Assembly (NCBI GenBank): GCA_964016885.1
Contig: OZ024741.1
Span: 378,572,001 to 378,636,000, forward strand
Length of the DNA: 64,000 bases
DNA from: Eledone cirrhosa
Taxonomy: Eukaryota
Direction: 5' to 3'
The notes beneath the pieces are model-generated. The model made no database searches. It saw only the letters and a program-made list of their open reading frames with translations, and had not been told where the DNA came from. The position numbers and the translations under genes were made by a program. Shown here one piece after another: positions 42,151 to 54,800 of this stretch (position 1 is its first letter; every line of letters begins with the position of its first letter).

Positions 42151-44364
42151 CTACATTTTAAATTTAAATTTATATTTAAACGTTGAGTTTAATCTATGTT
42201 TGCAACAACTGAATAAATTTGTCCGTAGGTTAAGGGAATTTTTAGATTTTAGTATAAAGAATATCTCCTCTGCGCAGAGGTCACATGTCTCAGAGGATGA
42301 ATTAAAAGGAATCCCTCTTGAGACTATATTCCAAGCCGTCGAATATCTAACGTTATCTAGCTTAAGTTGCCAGAGTACCCCTGATAGTGCCGTTGAAGAT
42401 TTTTTATTTGGATCTGTGAAAGAATTCTTGTGGTTATTATAGCGAAGTTTAAATTCCGTCGATGTGGAACCGACGTAGTTAAAAGAATTAGAGTCAGTAT
42501 TAACATTACAATTGTATACTATATTTTTAACTAAGCAGTTGTTATTTAACGGACATTTAGATCTATCTCTACAGTTACATTTGTTAACTTGTATATTATT
42601 TATGCTATTATCAGTAGGTTTTAAGTTCCTATTATTTATTCTATTAATATTTTGTGCTAAATTTTTGGTGGATGAGTAAGTTAATTTAATTGTATGCCTA
42701 TTGAAGATTGAGTGATACCTATGTGTTCTAGGGAAGCGATTATCAAGAGCTTTGAAAAATAATTTAGCGATGTGGGTTTTAATGTTTAGTGAGAAAGGGG
42801 GGGCAAACCAAATTATGTTCCTAGTTCTATTTCTTTTTTGTCCTTTGGAATTATTGTAATGCTTTCTATTATAGTTGTTAATGTTGTTGCCGTAATTAAA
42901 AAAGTTGTTACTTTGTTTAGTTTGTCTATCATTATCTATGTACATAATCTTATCAGCATACCCTGCCCTAGCTAGTGCATCATTATAGTACTGGGCCTTT
43001 TCGTCAAAAATCTTTCTATTCGACGAGATCCTAGAGATACGTTTTTGGACTGAGTTTACTATAGTGTTTTTGACAGATCTGGGGTGGTTAGAGTTAAAGT
43101 TGACATAGTTTAAGTTTTCATTCAACTTGTGAAAAGGATAGTGGAGACATGTGTTGAGATTTAATGTTATATCTAGGAAATTGACTATTCTATGGTTGTT
43201 CTCAATTTCTATTTTAAGGTTAAAGTAATTAAAACATTTTGTAATTTGTTTACATTTTCTATTTAGTTCAGGGTTATTATTATTAATAAGTAAAAGCATG
43301 TCATACCTATATAAACCTCCGGTAGTACCAGGTATTTTCCTATGTAGCGAATTGATTAAAAATAAGCCCACAAGGTCAGTTACCTGAGCTGAGTCGGAAG
43401 ATCCCATACTTATGTCAAAATTGCTATCTCTATCTGCTCTGGTCCATAATTTGTCATTAAATTCTATCAAAGTTTTCCTAGCCGATAATATAATATGCAT
43501 TTCTTTGCTAGTTAGGTCCGTATGTTTGAATGCGTAATTTAGTGCCTTATTTAGTAGACTAGGGGTAATAGAAGAATAATAGTTAGCTATATCAAGTTGA
43601 ATAAACCTATTATTATTGTCATATTTAATTTGCCTAAACCACTCAACAACCTCTCCAGTTCCCTTCCACAAGCTCAGGTTAGATACACAATCCAAGTTCT
43701 TAATTTGCTGTATCACCCTGTCAAGAATGTTTTTGCATAATTTGCCCAGGTCCGATTTTGAAGGTGCGATCAATCTAACTGGCAGGTCATTTTCAAAATT
43801 CCTCTTGTGGTCCTTCATATTGATCTTCGGTTTCCTGGGCACGAAAGGTTGGGTTCTGTTCTCAATTTCCAACTCATGCATTATACAAGATGCTTCAACA
43901 TTCATTTTCTCAAGTTCGGCCTTATCTGCTACCTTGTATTTTTTCCTCAGCTCTTTCAGTATGAGGCCATTATACATGTCTTTCCGCACTCCATAGAGGT
44001 TGTTGGTCTTGTCAGATTTCACCAAGATCTTCTCAGTTTTCTCTAAGCTCTCAATGTTATCCTTAATGCCTTTCAGATATTCCTGGCCTTTAAAGTTTCT
44101 CTTGAATTTGACCCCTTGTATGATAGAAATTATATCGTTTTCAAAGTCAGATAAAAGTTTGTTACGGGGTGGATTTCTTTTAGATTTGAAAACTTTGTTT
44201 AAGTCCGAGATATTTTCGTCTGCATTAGATTTATCAAAGTGGAATGAACGCCACCTGATTCTCCTTATAAAAGAGTCAGATTTATCTATTAGTTGTTTTA
44301 CAAAGTCTTTGTTTCTAGGTAGAGGTATGTCTTTTAGAGAGGAAGTAATCTTAAAGAATTCCAT
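42151..44364 (-). CDS. PLE polyprotein: reverse transcriptase + C-terminal GIY-YIG endonuclease (737 aa)
   Basis: VKSDKT, PVRLI, QLDIANYYSSI, FDISMGSSDSAQVTDLVG, LYRYD (normally YRDD), VNFLDITL, CNCRDRSKCPL, IVY..YVGST..FKLRYNNH, CDLC and CKH. Confidence 0.95.
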   Translation of the reverse strand: MEFFKITSSLKDIPLPRNKDFVKQLIDKSDSFIRRIRWRSFHFDKSNADENISDLNKVFKSKRNPPRNKLLSDFENDIISIIQGVKFKRNFKGQEYLKGIKDNIESLEKTEKILVKSDKTNNLYGVRKDMYNGLILKELRKKYKVADKAELEKMNVEASCIMHELEIENRTQPFVPRKPKINMKDHKRNFENDLPVRLIAPSKSDLGKLCKNILDRVIQQIKNLDCVSNLSLWKGTGEVVEWFRQIKYDNNNRFIQLDIANYYSSITPSLLNKALNYAFKHTDLTSKEMHIILSARKTLIEFNDKLWTRADRDSNFDISMGSSDSAQVTDLVGLFLINSLHRKIPGTTGGLYRYDMLLLINNNNPELNRKCKQITKCFNYFNLKIEIENNHRIVNFLDITLNLNTCLHYPFHKLNENLNYVNFNSNHPRSVKNTIVNSVQKRISRISSNRKIFDEKAQYYNDALARAGYADKIMYIDNDRQTKQSNNFFNYGNNINNYNRKHYNNSKGQKRNRTRNIIWFAPPFSLNIKTHIAKLFFKALDNRFPRTHRYHSIFNRHTIKLTYSSTKNLAQNINRINNRNLKPTDNSINNIQVNKCNCRDRSKCPLNNNCLVKNIVYNCNVNTDSNSFNYVGSTSTEFKLRYNNHKNSFTDPNKKSSTALSGVLWQLKLDNVRYSTAWNIVSRGIPFNSSSETCDLCAEEIFFILKSKNSLNLRTNLFSCCKHRLNSTFKYKFKFKM

Positions 44365-44543
44365 TTTTCAGTTATAATATAAAGCGCTCAACAGTATTGG
44401 AGCAAGATACATGTAAAGTTATATTTAAAATTGTTGGGTTACAACTAGTGAATATTTATAACTGATATAAAAGCACTCGACAAATATTTGGAGTATATTT
44501 ACAATATTAAATAAATGGAAAACTATATTTATAAAACCATATT

Positions 44544-44609
44544 TATTTCATTATATATATTTCGGGGATATCATATTAACAATATGCTATGCCTTCATCA
44601 GACAAAATA
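44544..44609 (-). ncRNA. Type I HHR in 5' pLTR, ~190 nt upstream of the ATG
   Basis: Identical to 40653-40718. Confidence 0.8.
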
Positions 44610-44967
44610 CAATATAAACAGTTTTATAGATAAATATATTCGACATACCGTAATAAACATCAACTTCATTTGAAGAGGTTTACGCTAGCAGTGAAAATAC
44701 AGAGAGAAAGAAAGAGAGAAAGAAAAGAGGGGAAAAAAGAAAGAAAGACAAAACGAAGAAAAGGAAGAAAAAGAAGAAAAAGAAAATGAAGAAATGCATG
44801 GAACAAAATAGAGAGATGGAAAAATAGATAAAGCGAAGAGCTTCATGTAAAGAGACAGAAAGAGATATATATATATATAGAGAGAGAGGAAATAGAGATA
44901 GATAATATATATATATAGAAAATTAGGTAGTGGGAGGTCATTTTGAGTAAGTGTATCAATGATACAT

Positions 44968-45006
<39 letters not shown>

Positions 45007-45929
45007 GCTCAAGTATTAATGTAAGGGAGATATATAGAGAGATATAGAGAGATATAGAGAGAGAACAAATTTAAAAATAGCCAGACATATTCGAGGCGTA
45101 GAAAACCCTATGTTTTAATGTATTAGTATTTATAAAACTTACACTATATTGTAAATATCAGTATTCCTGAATGAAACAAGTATTCACAATGTGTGAAAAT
45201 TCATTATCTTATGTTTAGTTTTAAAAATTCATATGTTTATGTGACAGCTACAAACATCAATGTGAATCCAACTGATTCACTCTGCAAACTCTAGGTTACC
45301 GGAAAACATTCTCAATGTGGTATAAAAATTTGAGCGTATTATTATTCTTGCGATTACTCTACAAGATTATCTATCAAGCAGAAATAGAGAGCAGAATTTC
45401 AATATACTAATCGAAAATATATATTATATTATAAACATAAAAATAAAAATATAGAATAGAAAACTAAAAAAAAAAAAAAAAAAAAAATATTACGAAAGAA
45501 TATTACATAATAAAAATATTGCATGTTAAAAATACTTGTGCTAAATTTTTGGTGGATGAGTAAGTTAATTTAATTGTATGCCTATTGAAGATTGAGTGAT
45601 ACCTATGTGTTCTAGGGAAGCGATTATCAAGAGCTTTGAAAAATAATTTAGCGATGTGGGTTTTAATGTTTAGTGAGAAAGGGGGGACACACCAAATTAT
45701 GTTCCTAGTTCTATTTCTTTTTTGTCCTTTGGAATTATTGTAATGCTTTCTATTATAGTTGTTAATGTTGTTATATAAAAGTATTTTATAACTATATTTA
45801 TAAAATACTTTTATAAATATAGTTTTCCATTTATTTAATATTGTAAATATACTCCAAATATTTGTCGAGTGCTTTTATATCAGTTATAAATATTTACTAG
45901 TTGTAACCCAACAATTTTAAATATAACTT

Positions 45930-45999
<70 letters not shown>

Positions 46000-46378
46000 T
46001 ACGTATACGTACATACATACATGTATACAGACGTACAGTAGTGTGTATATATATATACATACATGCACACATGCACACATGTACGTGTGGATTCACCGAA
46101 CATTTATTATAATGCTCGCTGTGTTTGTAAACAAACATCCCGATTTAAGCCGTACAGTGTCTAGCAACCACGTTGCTCATTTGTTCAACACGCCAAAGGA
46201 ACGCTGTACTATTTTCAAGCTTATTAGCTATCGTCAGCAACGTATACCTTCCTGCCAGATTGTTGAGCGTCTGAAAGTATATACTTTCCTTATGCATATT
46301 AATGGCTGAACAGCCTAATTTGCATATCGAGTGAGTTAATCGGCCGGGGTACCGAAATCGATAAAAGGAAAGAAAGGT

Positions 46379-46450
46379 GATGTGTTAGTGTAAATGGTAT
46401 CACAGTGGTCCGGATAACCAAAGATGTGGGTTCGTCTCCCATGTACGTCA
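46379..46450 (+). tRNA. tRNA-like pseudogene / SINE head
   Basis: 72 nt that fold as a cloverleaf: wobble-rich acceptor gatgtgt/gtacgtc, A-box tagtgtaaatgg, stem tggt/acca and T arm tggg-ttcgtct-ccca. A T-run follows shortly downstream. Confidence 0.55.
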
Positions 46451-46803
46451 ATACTCATCTTTTTCCATTTCTCCGAGGGTTCTTAACCCCACTAACAGGC
46501 TAAATAATTTTTTTAATTGCTTTAGCCAAAATTCGGCGATAGCTAACATTTCTAATAATATATATATATATATAAATACTACTGTACGTCTATATACATG
46601 CATGTATGTAATTATACATACTTATATTTAAGTAACAGCCGTACTAAGAGTGAGAAAGGAATTTACGTTTCATTTTTTCCGTTTATCGTTTTCGATACCC
46701 TGGCCAATTAACTCACCCGATAGGCAAATTAGGTAGCTCAGCCTTTAATATGCATAAGGAAAGTATACACTTTCAGATGTTCAACCATTTGGCAGGAAGA
46801 TAT

Positions 46804-46846
46804 ACGTTGCTGACGATAGCTAATCAGCTTGAAACTAGTACAGCGT
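46804..46846 (+). ncRNA. Minimal type I HHR (family B)
   Basis: acgttg CTGACGA tagct-aatc-agctt GAAAC TA GTA cagcgt. Confidence 0.85.
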
Positions 46847-47110
46847 TCCTTTGTCAGGGTTGAACAAATGAGCAACGTGGTTGCTAGACAATGTACGGCT
46901 TAAATCGGGATGTTTGTTTACAAACACAGCGAGCATTATAATAAATGTTCGGTGAATCTAAACGTACATATATATATGTGTACTTGTATATATATATATA
47001 TATTCATACTACTGTACGTCTGTATACATGTATGGATGTACGTATACATACTTATCTTTAAGTAACAGCTTTACTAGGAGTGAGAAATGAAATTTCGTTT
47101 CATTTATACC

Positions 47111-47172
<62 letters not shown>

Positions 47173-47447
47173 TATTTATGTAATTTTTTCGTGGATTTAC
47201 ACATATTGAAATCATTTGCCAAAATATGGGTTTTTTTTTCCATGTGAGTTACGCATGTGCTTTTAAAAAAGACTGTGTCATCCACGACACTGGCGCAGAA
47301 CAAAATACCTGTCAATAACGTGATATTCATCGTTCAATCGTTACACCAAAAGCTTATCGTTTGAAGCAGACAGTAGTATTGATTTAGGTGTCACAGAAAC
47401 CCTGTACTTGATGTTAACATCAATTCCAAGGGTCCAAGTTTGTTATG

Positions 47448-47479
<32 letters not shown>

Positions 47480-47682
47480 AGTATGTACTAGTACATACAA
47501 GTATGTATACAGACGTACACTTATATGCATATACATATACATACATGCACACGTATATATATGTACGTATGGATTCACCGAACATTTAATATAATGCTCG
47601 GTGTGTTTGTAAACAAACATCCCGTATCAAGCCGTAGTGTCTAGCAACTATCGTTGGGCGTTTGTTCAACACTGACAAAGGA

Positions 47683-47725
47683 ACGCTGTACTAGTTTCAA
47701 GCTTATTAGCTATCGTCAGCAACGT
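47683..47725 (-). ncRNA. Minimal type I HHR, first family B monomer (repeated in every unit)
   Basis: The minus strand reads acgttg CTGACGA tagct-aata-agctt GAAAC TA GTA cagcgt. The predicted cut is between 47689 and 47688. Confidence 0.85.
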
Positions 47726-47791
47726 ATACCTTCCTGCCAGATTGTTAAACGTATATACTTACCTTAAGCATATTAACGGCCGAGTAGCCCA

Positions 47792-47799
47792 ATTTGCAT
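47792..47799 (-). promoter_or_regulatory. Octamer ATGCAAAT, conserved in most family B units and in family A (475-482, 941-948)
   Basis: Exact ATTTGCAT at the homologous position in both families. Function is inferred only. Confidence 0.4.
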
Positions 47800-48784
47800 A
47801 TCGAGTGGGTTAATCGGCCGGGTGCACCGAAAAGGATAAACGCAAAATATGAAACTAAATTTCATTTCCCATTCTTAGTACGGCTGTTACTTAAATATAA
47901 GTATGTACACGTACATAATATATGTATACAGATGCACAGTAGTATGTATATATATATACATACATGCACACATATATATATACGTACGTATGGATTCACC
48001 GAACATTTAATATAATGCTCGGTGTGTTTGTACACAAACATCCCGTATCAAGCTGTAGTGTCTAGCAACCATCGTTGCTCGTTTGTTCAACACTGACAAA
48101 GGAACGATGTACTAGTTTCAAGCTTATTAGCTATCGTCAGCAACGTATAACTTCCTGCCAGATTGTTGAACGTATATATTTACCTTATGCATATTAACGA
48201 CTGAGTAGCCCAATTTGCATATCGAGTGGGTTAATCGGCCGGGTGCACCGAAAACGATAAACAGAAAAAATGAAACGAAATTACATTTCCCAATCTTAGT
48301 ACGGCTAGTACTTAAATATAAGTATGTAGACGTACATACATATATGTATACAGACGTACAGTCTTATCATAAATATAAATATACATTCACACATATATAT
48401 ATGTGTACGTATGGATTCACCGAACATTATTATAATGCTCGGTATGTTTATAAACAAACATCCCGTATCAAGCCGTAGTGTCTAGCAACAACCGTTGCTC
48501 GTTTGTTCAACACTGACAAAGGAACGCTGTACTAGTTTCAAGCTTATTAGCTATCGTCAGCAACGTATACCTTTCTGCCAGATTGTTGAACGTATATACT
48601 TACTTTATGCATATTAAAGACTGAGTAGCCCAATTTGCATGTCGAGTGGGTTAATCGGCCGGGTGCACCGTAAACGATAAACGGAAAAAATGAAGCGAAA
48701 TTTCATTTCCCACTCTTAGTACGGCTGTTACCTAAATATAAATATGTACACGTACATACATATATGTATACAGACGTACAGTAG

Positions 48785-48821
<37 letters not shown>

Positions 48822-51800
48822 GGACACATATTTATATGTACGTATGGATTCACCGAACAGTTATTATAATGCTCGGTGTGTTTTTAAACAAACATCCCGT
48901 ATCAAGTCGTAGTGTCTAGCAACCATCGTTGCTCGTTTGTTCAACAATGACAAAGGAAGGCTGTATAAGTTTCAAGCTTATTAGCTATCGTATGCAACAT
49001 ACACCTTCCTGTCATATTGTTGAACGTATATACTTATCTTATGCATATTAAAGGCTGAGTAGCCCAATTTTCATATCGAGTGGGTTAATCGGCCAGATTG
49101 TTGAACATATATACTTATCTTATGCATATTAACGGCTGAGTAGCCCAATTTTCATATCGAGTGGGTTAATCGGCCGGGTGGACCGAAAACGTTTATGGAA
49201 AAAATGAAACGAAATTTCATTTCGCAGTCTTAGTACGGCTGTTAGTTAAATATAAGTATGTACACGTACATACATATATGTATACAGACGTACAGTCTTA
49301 TGTATATATATATATACATGCACACATATATATATGTATACGTATGGATTCACCGAACATTTATTATAATGCTCAGTGTGTTTGTAAACAAACATACCGT
49401 ATCAAGCCGTAGTGTCTAGCAACCATCGTTGCTCTTTTGTTCAACACTGGCAAAGGAACGCTGTACTAGTTTCAAGCTTATTAGCTATCGTCAGCAACGT
49501 ATATATTCCTGCCAGATTGTTGAACGTATATACTTACCTTATGCATATTAACGGCTGAGTAGCCCAATTTCCATATCGAGAGGGTTAATCGGCCGGGTGA
49601 AACGAAAACGATAAACTGAAAAAATGAAACGAAATTACATTTCCCACTCTTAGTACGGCCGTTACTTAAATATAGGTATATACACGTACACAATATATGT
49701 ATACAGACGTACAGTAGTATGTATATATATATATACATACATGGACATATATATATATATATGTACGTATGGATTCACCGAACATTTATTATAATGCTCG
49801 TTTTTTTTTGTAAACAAACATCCTGTATCAAGCCGTAGTGTCTAACAACCATCGTTGCTCGTTTGTTCAAGACAGACAAAGGAACGCTCTACTAGTTTTA
49901 ATCTTATTAGCTATCGTCAGCAACGTATACCTTCCTGCCAGATTGTTGAACGTATATATTTACCTTATGCATATTAACGGCTGAGTAGCCCAATTTGCAT
50001 ATCGATTGGGTTAATCGGCCGGGTGCACCGAAAACGTTTATGGAAAAAATGAAACGAAATTTCATTTCGCAGTCTTAGTACGGCTGTTAGTTAAATATAA
50101 GTATGTACACGTACATACATATATGTATACAGACGTACAGTAATAAGTATATATATATACATACATACACACATATATATAACTACGTATGGATTCACAG
50201 AACATTTATTATAATGCTCGGTGCGTTTGTAAACAAACATCCCATATCAAGCCGTAGTGTCTAGCAACCATCGTTGCTCGTTTGTTCAACACTGAAAAAG
50301 GAACGCTGTACTAGTTTCAATTAGCTATCGTCAGCGACGTAAACCTTCCTGTCAGATTGTTGAACATATATACTTACCTTATGCATATTAACGGCTGAGT
50401 AGCCCAATTTGCATATCGAGTGGGTTAATCGGCGTGGTGCACAGAAAACGATAAACATAAAAAATGAAACGAAATTACATTTCCCGCTCTTAGTACGGGT
50501 GTTACTTACATATAATTATGTACACGTACATACATATATGTATACAGACGTACAGTAATAAGTATATATATACATACATGCACACATATATATATATATG
50601 TACGTATGGATTCACCGAACATTATTATAATGCTCAGTTTTTTGTAAACAAACATCATGTATCAAGCCGTAGTGTCTGACAACCACCGTTGCTCGTTTGT
50701 TCAAAACTGACAAAGGAACGCTGTACTAGTTTTAAGCTTATTAGCTATCGTCAGCAACGTATACCTTCCTGCCAGATTGTTGAAAGTATATACTTTCCTT
50801 ATGCATATTAACAGCTCAGCACTCTTATTTGCATATCGAGTGGGTTAATCGGCCGGGTGCACCGAAAACGATAAACGGAAAAAATGAAACGAAATTACAT
50901 TTCCCACTCTTATTACGGCTGTTAGTTAACTATAAGTATGTACACGTACATAGATATATGTATACAAACGTACAGTAATAAGTATATATATATACATACA
51001 TGCACACATATATATATGTACGTATGGATTCCCCGAACATTTATTATAATGCTCGTTGTGTTTGTAAACAAACATCCCGTATCAAGCTGTAGTGTCTAGC
51101 AATCATCGTTGCTCTTTTGTTCAACACTGACAAAGGAACGCTGTACTAGTTTCAATCTTATGAGCTATCGCCTGCAACGTTTACCTTCCTGTCAGATTGT
51201 TGAACGTATATACTTACCTTATGCATATTAACGGCTGAGTAGCCCAATTTGCATATCCAGTGGGTTAATCGGCCGGGTGCACCGAAAACGATAAACGGAA
51301 AAAATGAAACGAAAATTAATTTCCCATTCTTAGTACGGCTGTTACTTAAATATAAGTATGTACACGTACATAATATATGTATACAGACGTACAGTATTAT
51401 GAATATATATGTACATTCATGCACACATATATATATATATATATATGTACGTATGGATTCACCGATCATTTATTATAATACTCGGTGTGTTTGTAAACAA
51501 ACATCCCGTATCAAGCCGTAGTGTCTAGCAACCATCGTTGCTCGTTCGTTCAACACTGACAAAGGAAAGCTGTACTAGTTTCAAGCTTATAAGCTCTCGT
51601 CAGCAACTTATACCTTCTTGCCAGTTTGTTGAACGTATATACTTACCTTATGCATATTAACGGCTGAGTAGCCCAATTTGCATATCGAGTGGGTTAATCG
51701 GCTGGGTGCACCGAAAACGATATACGGAAAGAATGAAACGAAATTTCATTTCCCACTCTTAGTACGGCTGTTACTTAAATATAAGTATGTACAAGTACAT

Positions 51801-54800
51801 ACATATATGTATGCAAACGGACATTAATAAGTATATATATATATATATATATACATACATGCACACATATATATATATATTTTCGTATGGATTCACCGAA
51901 AATGTATTATAATGCTCGGTGTGTTTATAAACAAACACCCCGTATCAATCCGTAGTGTCTAGCGACCATAGTTACTCGTTTGTTCAACACTGACAAAGGA
52001 ACGCTGTACAAGTTTAAAGCTTAGTAGCTATCGTCAGCAACGTATACCTTCTTGCAAGATTGTTGAACGTATATACTTACCTTATGCATATTAACGGCTG
52101 AGTAACCCAATTTGCATATCGAGTGGGTTAATCGGCCGGGTGCACCGAAAGCGATATACGGAAAAAATGAAACGAAATTACATTTCCCACTCTTATTACG
52201 GCTGTTACTTAAATATAAGGATGTACACGTACATAGATATATATATACAGACGTACAGTAATAAGTATATATATATATATATACATACATGCACACATAT
52301 ATATATGTACGTATAGATTCACCGAACATTTATTATAATGCTAGGTGTGTTTGTAAACAAACATCCCGTATCAAGCCGTAGTGTCTAGCAATCATCCTTG
52401 CTCGTGTGTTCAACACTGACAAAGGAACGCTGCACAAGTTTCAATCTTATGAGCTATCGTCAGCAACGTATACCTTCCTACCAGATTGTTGAACGTATAT
52501 ACTTACATTATACATATTAACGGCTGAGTAACCCAATTTGCATATCGAGTGGGTTAATCGGCCGGGTGCACCGAAAGCGATATACGGAAAAAATGAAACG
52601 AAATTACATTTCCCACTCTTAGTACGTCTGTTACTTAAATATAAGTATGTACACGTACATACATATATGTATACAGACGTACAGTCTTATGTATATATAT
52701 ATACATGCACACACATATATATGTATACGTATGGATTCACCGAACATTTATTATAATGTTCAGTGTGTTTGCAAACAAACATCCCGTATCAACCCGTAGT
52801 GTCTAGCAACCATCGTTGCTCCTTTGTTCAACACTGACAAAGGAACGCTGTACAAGTTTCAAGCTTATTAGATATCGTCAGCAACGTATATCTTCCTGCT
52901 AGATTGTTGAACGTATATACTTACCTTATGCATATTAACGGCTGAGTAAACCAATTTGCATATCGAGTGGGTTAATCGGCCGGGTGCGCCGAAAACGATA
53001 TACGAAAAAAATGAAACGAAATTACATTTCCCTCTCTTATTACGGCTGTTACATAAATATAAGGATGTACGCGTACATAGATATATGTATACAGACGTAC
53101 AGTAATAAGTATATATATATATATATACATACATGCACACATATATATACGTACGTATAGATTCACCGAACATTTATTATAATACTAGGTGTGTTTGTAA
53201 ACAAACATCCTGTATCAAGCCGTAGTGTCTAGCAATCATCCTTGCTCGTGTGTTCAACATTGACAAAGTAACGCTGTACTAGTTTCAATCTTATGAGCTA
53301 TCGTCAGCAACGTATACCTTCCTGCCAGATTGTTGAACGAATATACTTACCTTTTGCATATTAACGGCTGAGTAGCCCAAGTTGCATATCGAGTGGGTTA
53401 ATCGGTCGGGTGCACCGAAAACGATAAAAGGAGAAAATAAAACGAAATTACATTTCCCTCTCTTAGTACGTCTGTTACTTAAATATAAGTATGTACACGT
53501 ACATACATATATGTATACAGATGTACAGTCTTATGTATATATATCTATATATATACGTGCACACATATATATATGTTTACGTATGGATTCACCGAACATT
53601 TTTTATAATGCTCGGTGCGTTTGTAAACAGACATCCCATATCAAGCCGTATTGTCTAGCAACCATCGTTGCTCGTTTGTTCAACACAGACAAAGGGACGC
53701 TGTACTAGTTTCAAGCTTATTAGCTATTGTCAGCAACTTATACCTTCCTACCAGATAGTTGAACGTATATACTTACCTTATGCATATTAACGGCTGAGTA
53801 GCTCAATTTGCATATCGAGTGGGTTAATCGGCCGGGTGCACCGAAAACGATAAACGGAAAAAATGAAACAAAATTACATTTCCGAGTCTTAGTACGGCTG
53901 TTACTTAAATATATGTATGTACACGTACATAGATATATGTATACAGACGTACAGTAATAATTATATATATATACATACATGCACACATATATATATGTAC
54001 GTATGGATTCACGGAACATTTATTATTGTGCTCGGTGTGTTTGTAAACAAACATCCCGTATCAAGCCGTAGTGTCTAGCAATCTTCGCTGCTCGTTTGTT
54101 CAACACTGACAAAGGAACGCTGTACTAGTTTCAATCTTATGAGCTATCTTCAGCAACGTATACCTTCCAGCCAGATTGTTGAACGTATATACTTACCTTA
54201 TGCATATTAACGGCTGAGTAACCCAATTTGCATATCGAGTGGGTTAATCGGCCGGGTGCACCGAAAACGATAAACGGAAAAAATGAAACAAAATTACATT
54301 TCCGACTCTTAGTACGGCTGTTACTTAAATATATGTATGTACACGTACATAGATATATGTATACAGACGTACAGTAATAAGTATATATACATACATACAT
54401 GCACACATATATATATGTACGTATGGATTCACCGAACATTTATTATAATGCTCGGTGTGTTTGTAAACAAACATCCCGTATCAAGCTGTAGTGTCTAGCA
54501 ATCATCGTTGCTCGTTTGTTCAACACTGACAAAGTAACGCTGTACTAGTTTCAATCTTATGAGCTATCGTCAACAACGTATACCTTCCTGCCAGATTGTT
54601 GAACGTATATACTTACCTTTTGCATATTAACGGCTGAGTAGCCCAATCTGCATATCAAGTAGGTTAATCGGCCGGGTGCACCGAAAACGATAAACGGAAA
54701 AAATGAAACGAAATAAAATTTCCCAATCTTAGTACGGCTGTTACTTAAATAGAAGTATGTACACGTACATACATATATGTATTCAGACGTACAGTCTTAT

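Larger units (their letters stand above)
40610..45937 (-). mobile_element. Full-length partial-tandem Penelope-like element with ~1-kb direct pLTRs and a rearranged/inverted 5' end
   Basis: Direct repeats at 40610-~41640 and 44501-~45536 (offset 3891) flank the ORF. 45537-45772 duplicates ORF sequence 42653-42888, and 45810-45937 is the inverse of 44409-44536. Both ends lie in (TA)n. Confidence 0.95.
45996..47115. mobile_element. Family B retrozyme-like element, small insertion with two inverted arms (45996-46370; 46576-47115)
   Basis: Homologous to the 420-bp monomer. HHRs at 46201-46243 (-) and 46804-46846 (+). Both ends lie in (TA)n. Confidence 0.85.

Noticed and set aside
42151-44364. 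Naiad/Chlamys-type permuted or selenoprotein PLE
   Set aside because: The GIY-YIG is C-terminal and the ORF has no in-frame TGA.
43616-44377. Plus-strand ORFs opposite the PLE ORF (also 58590-59552 opposite the RTE)
   Set aside because: These are antisense shadow frames with no recognisable motifs.
46470-46550. Possible HDV-like ribozyme after the tRNA-like sequence
   Set aside because: I could see hairpins but could not build the nested double pseudoknot by eye.
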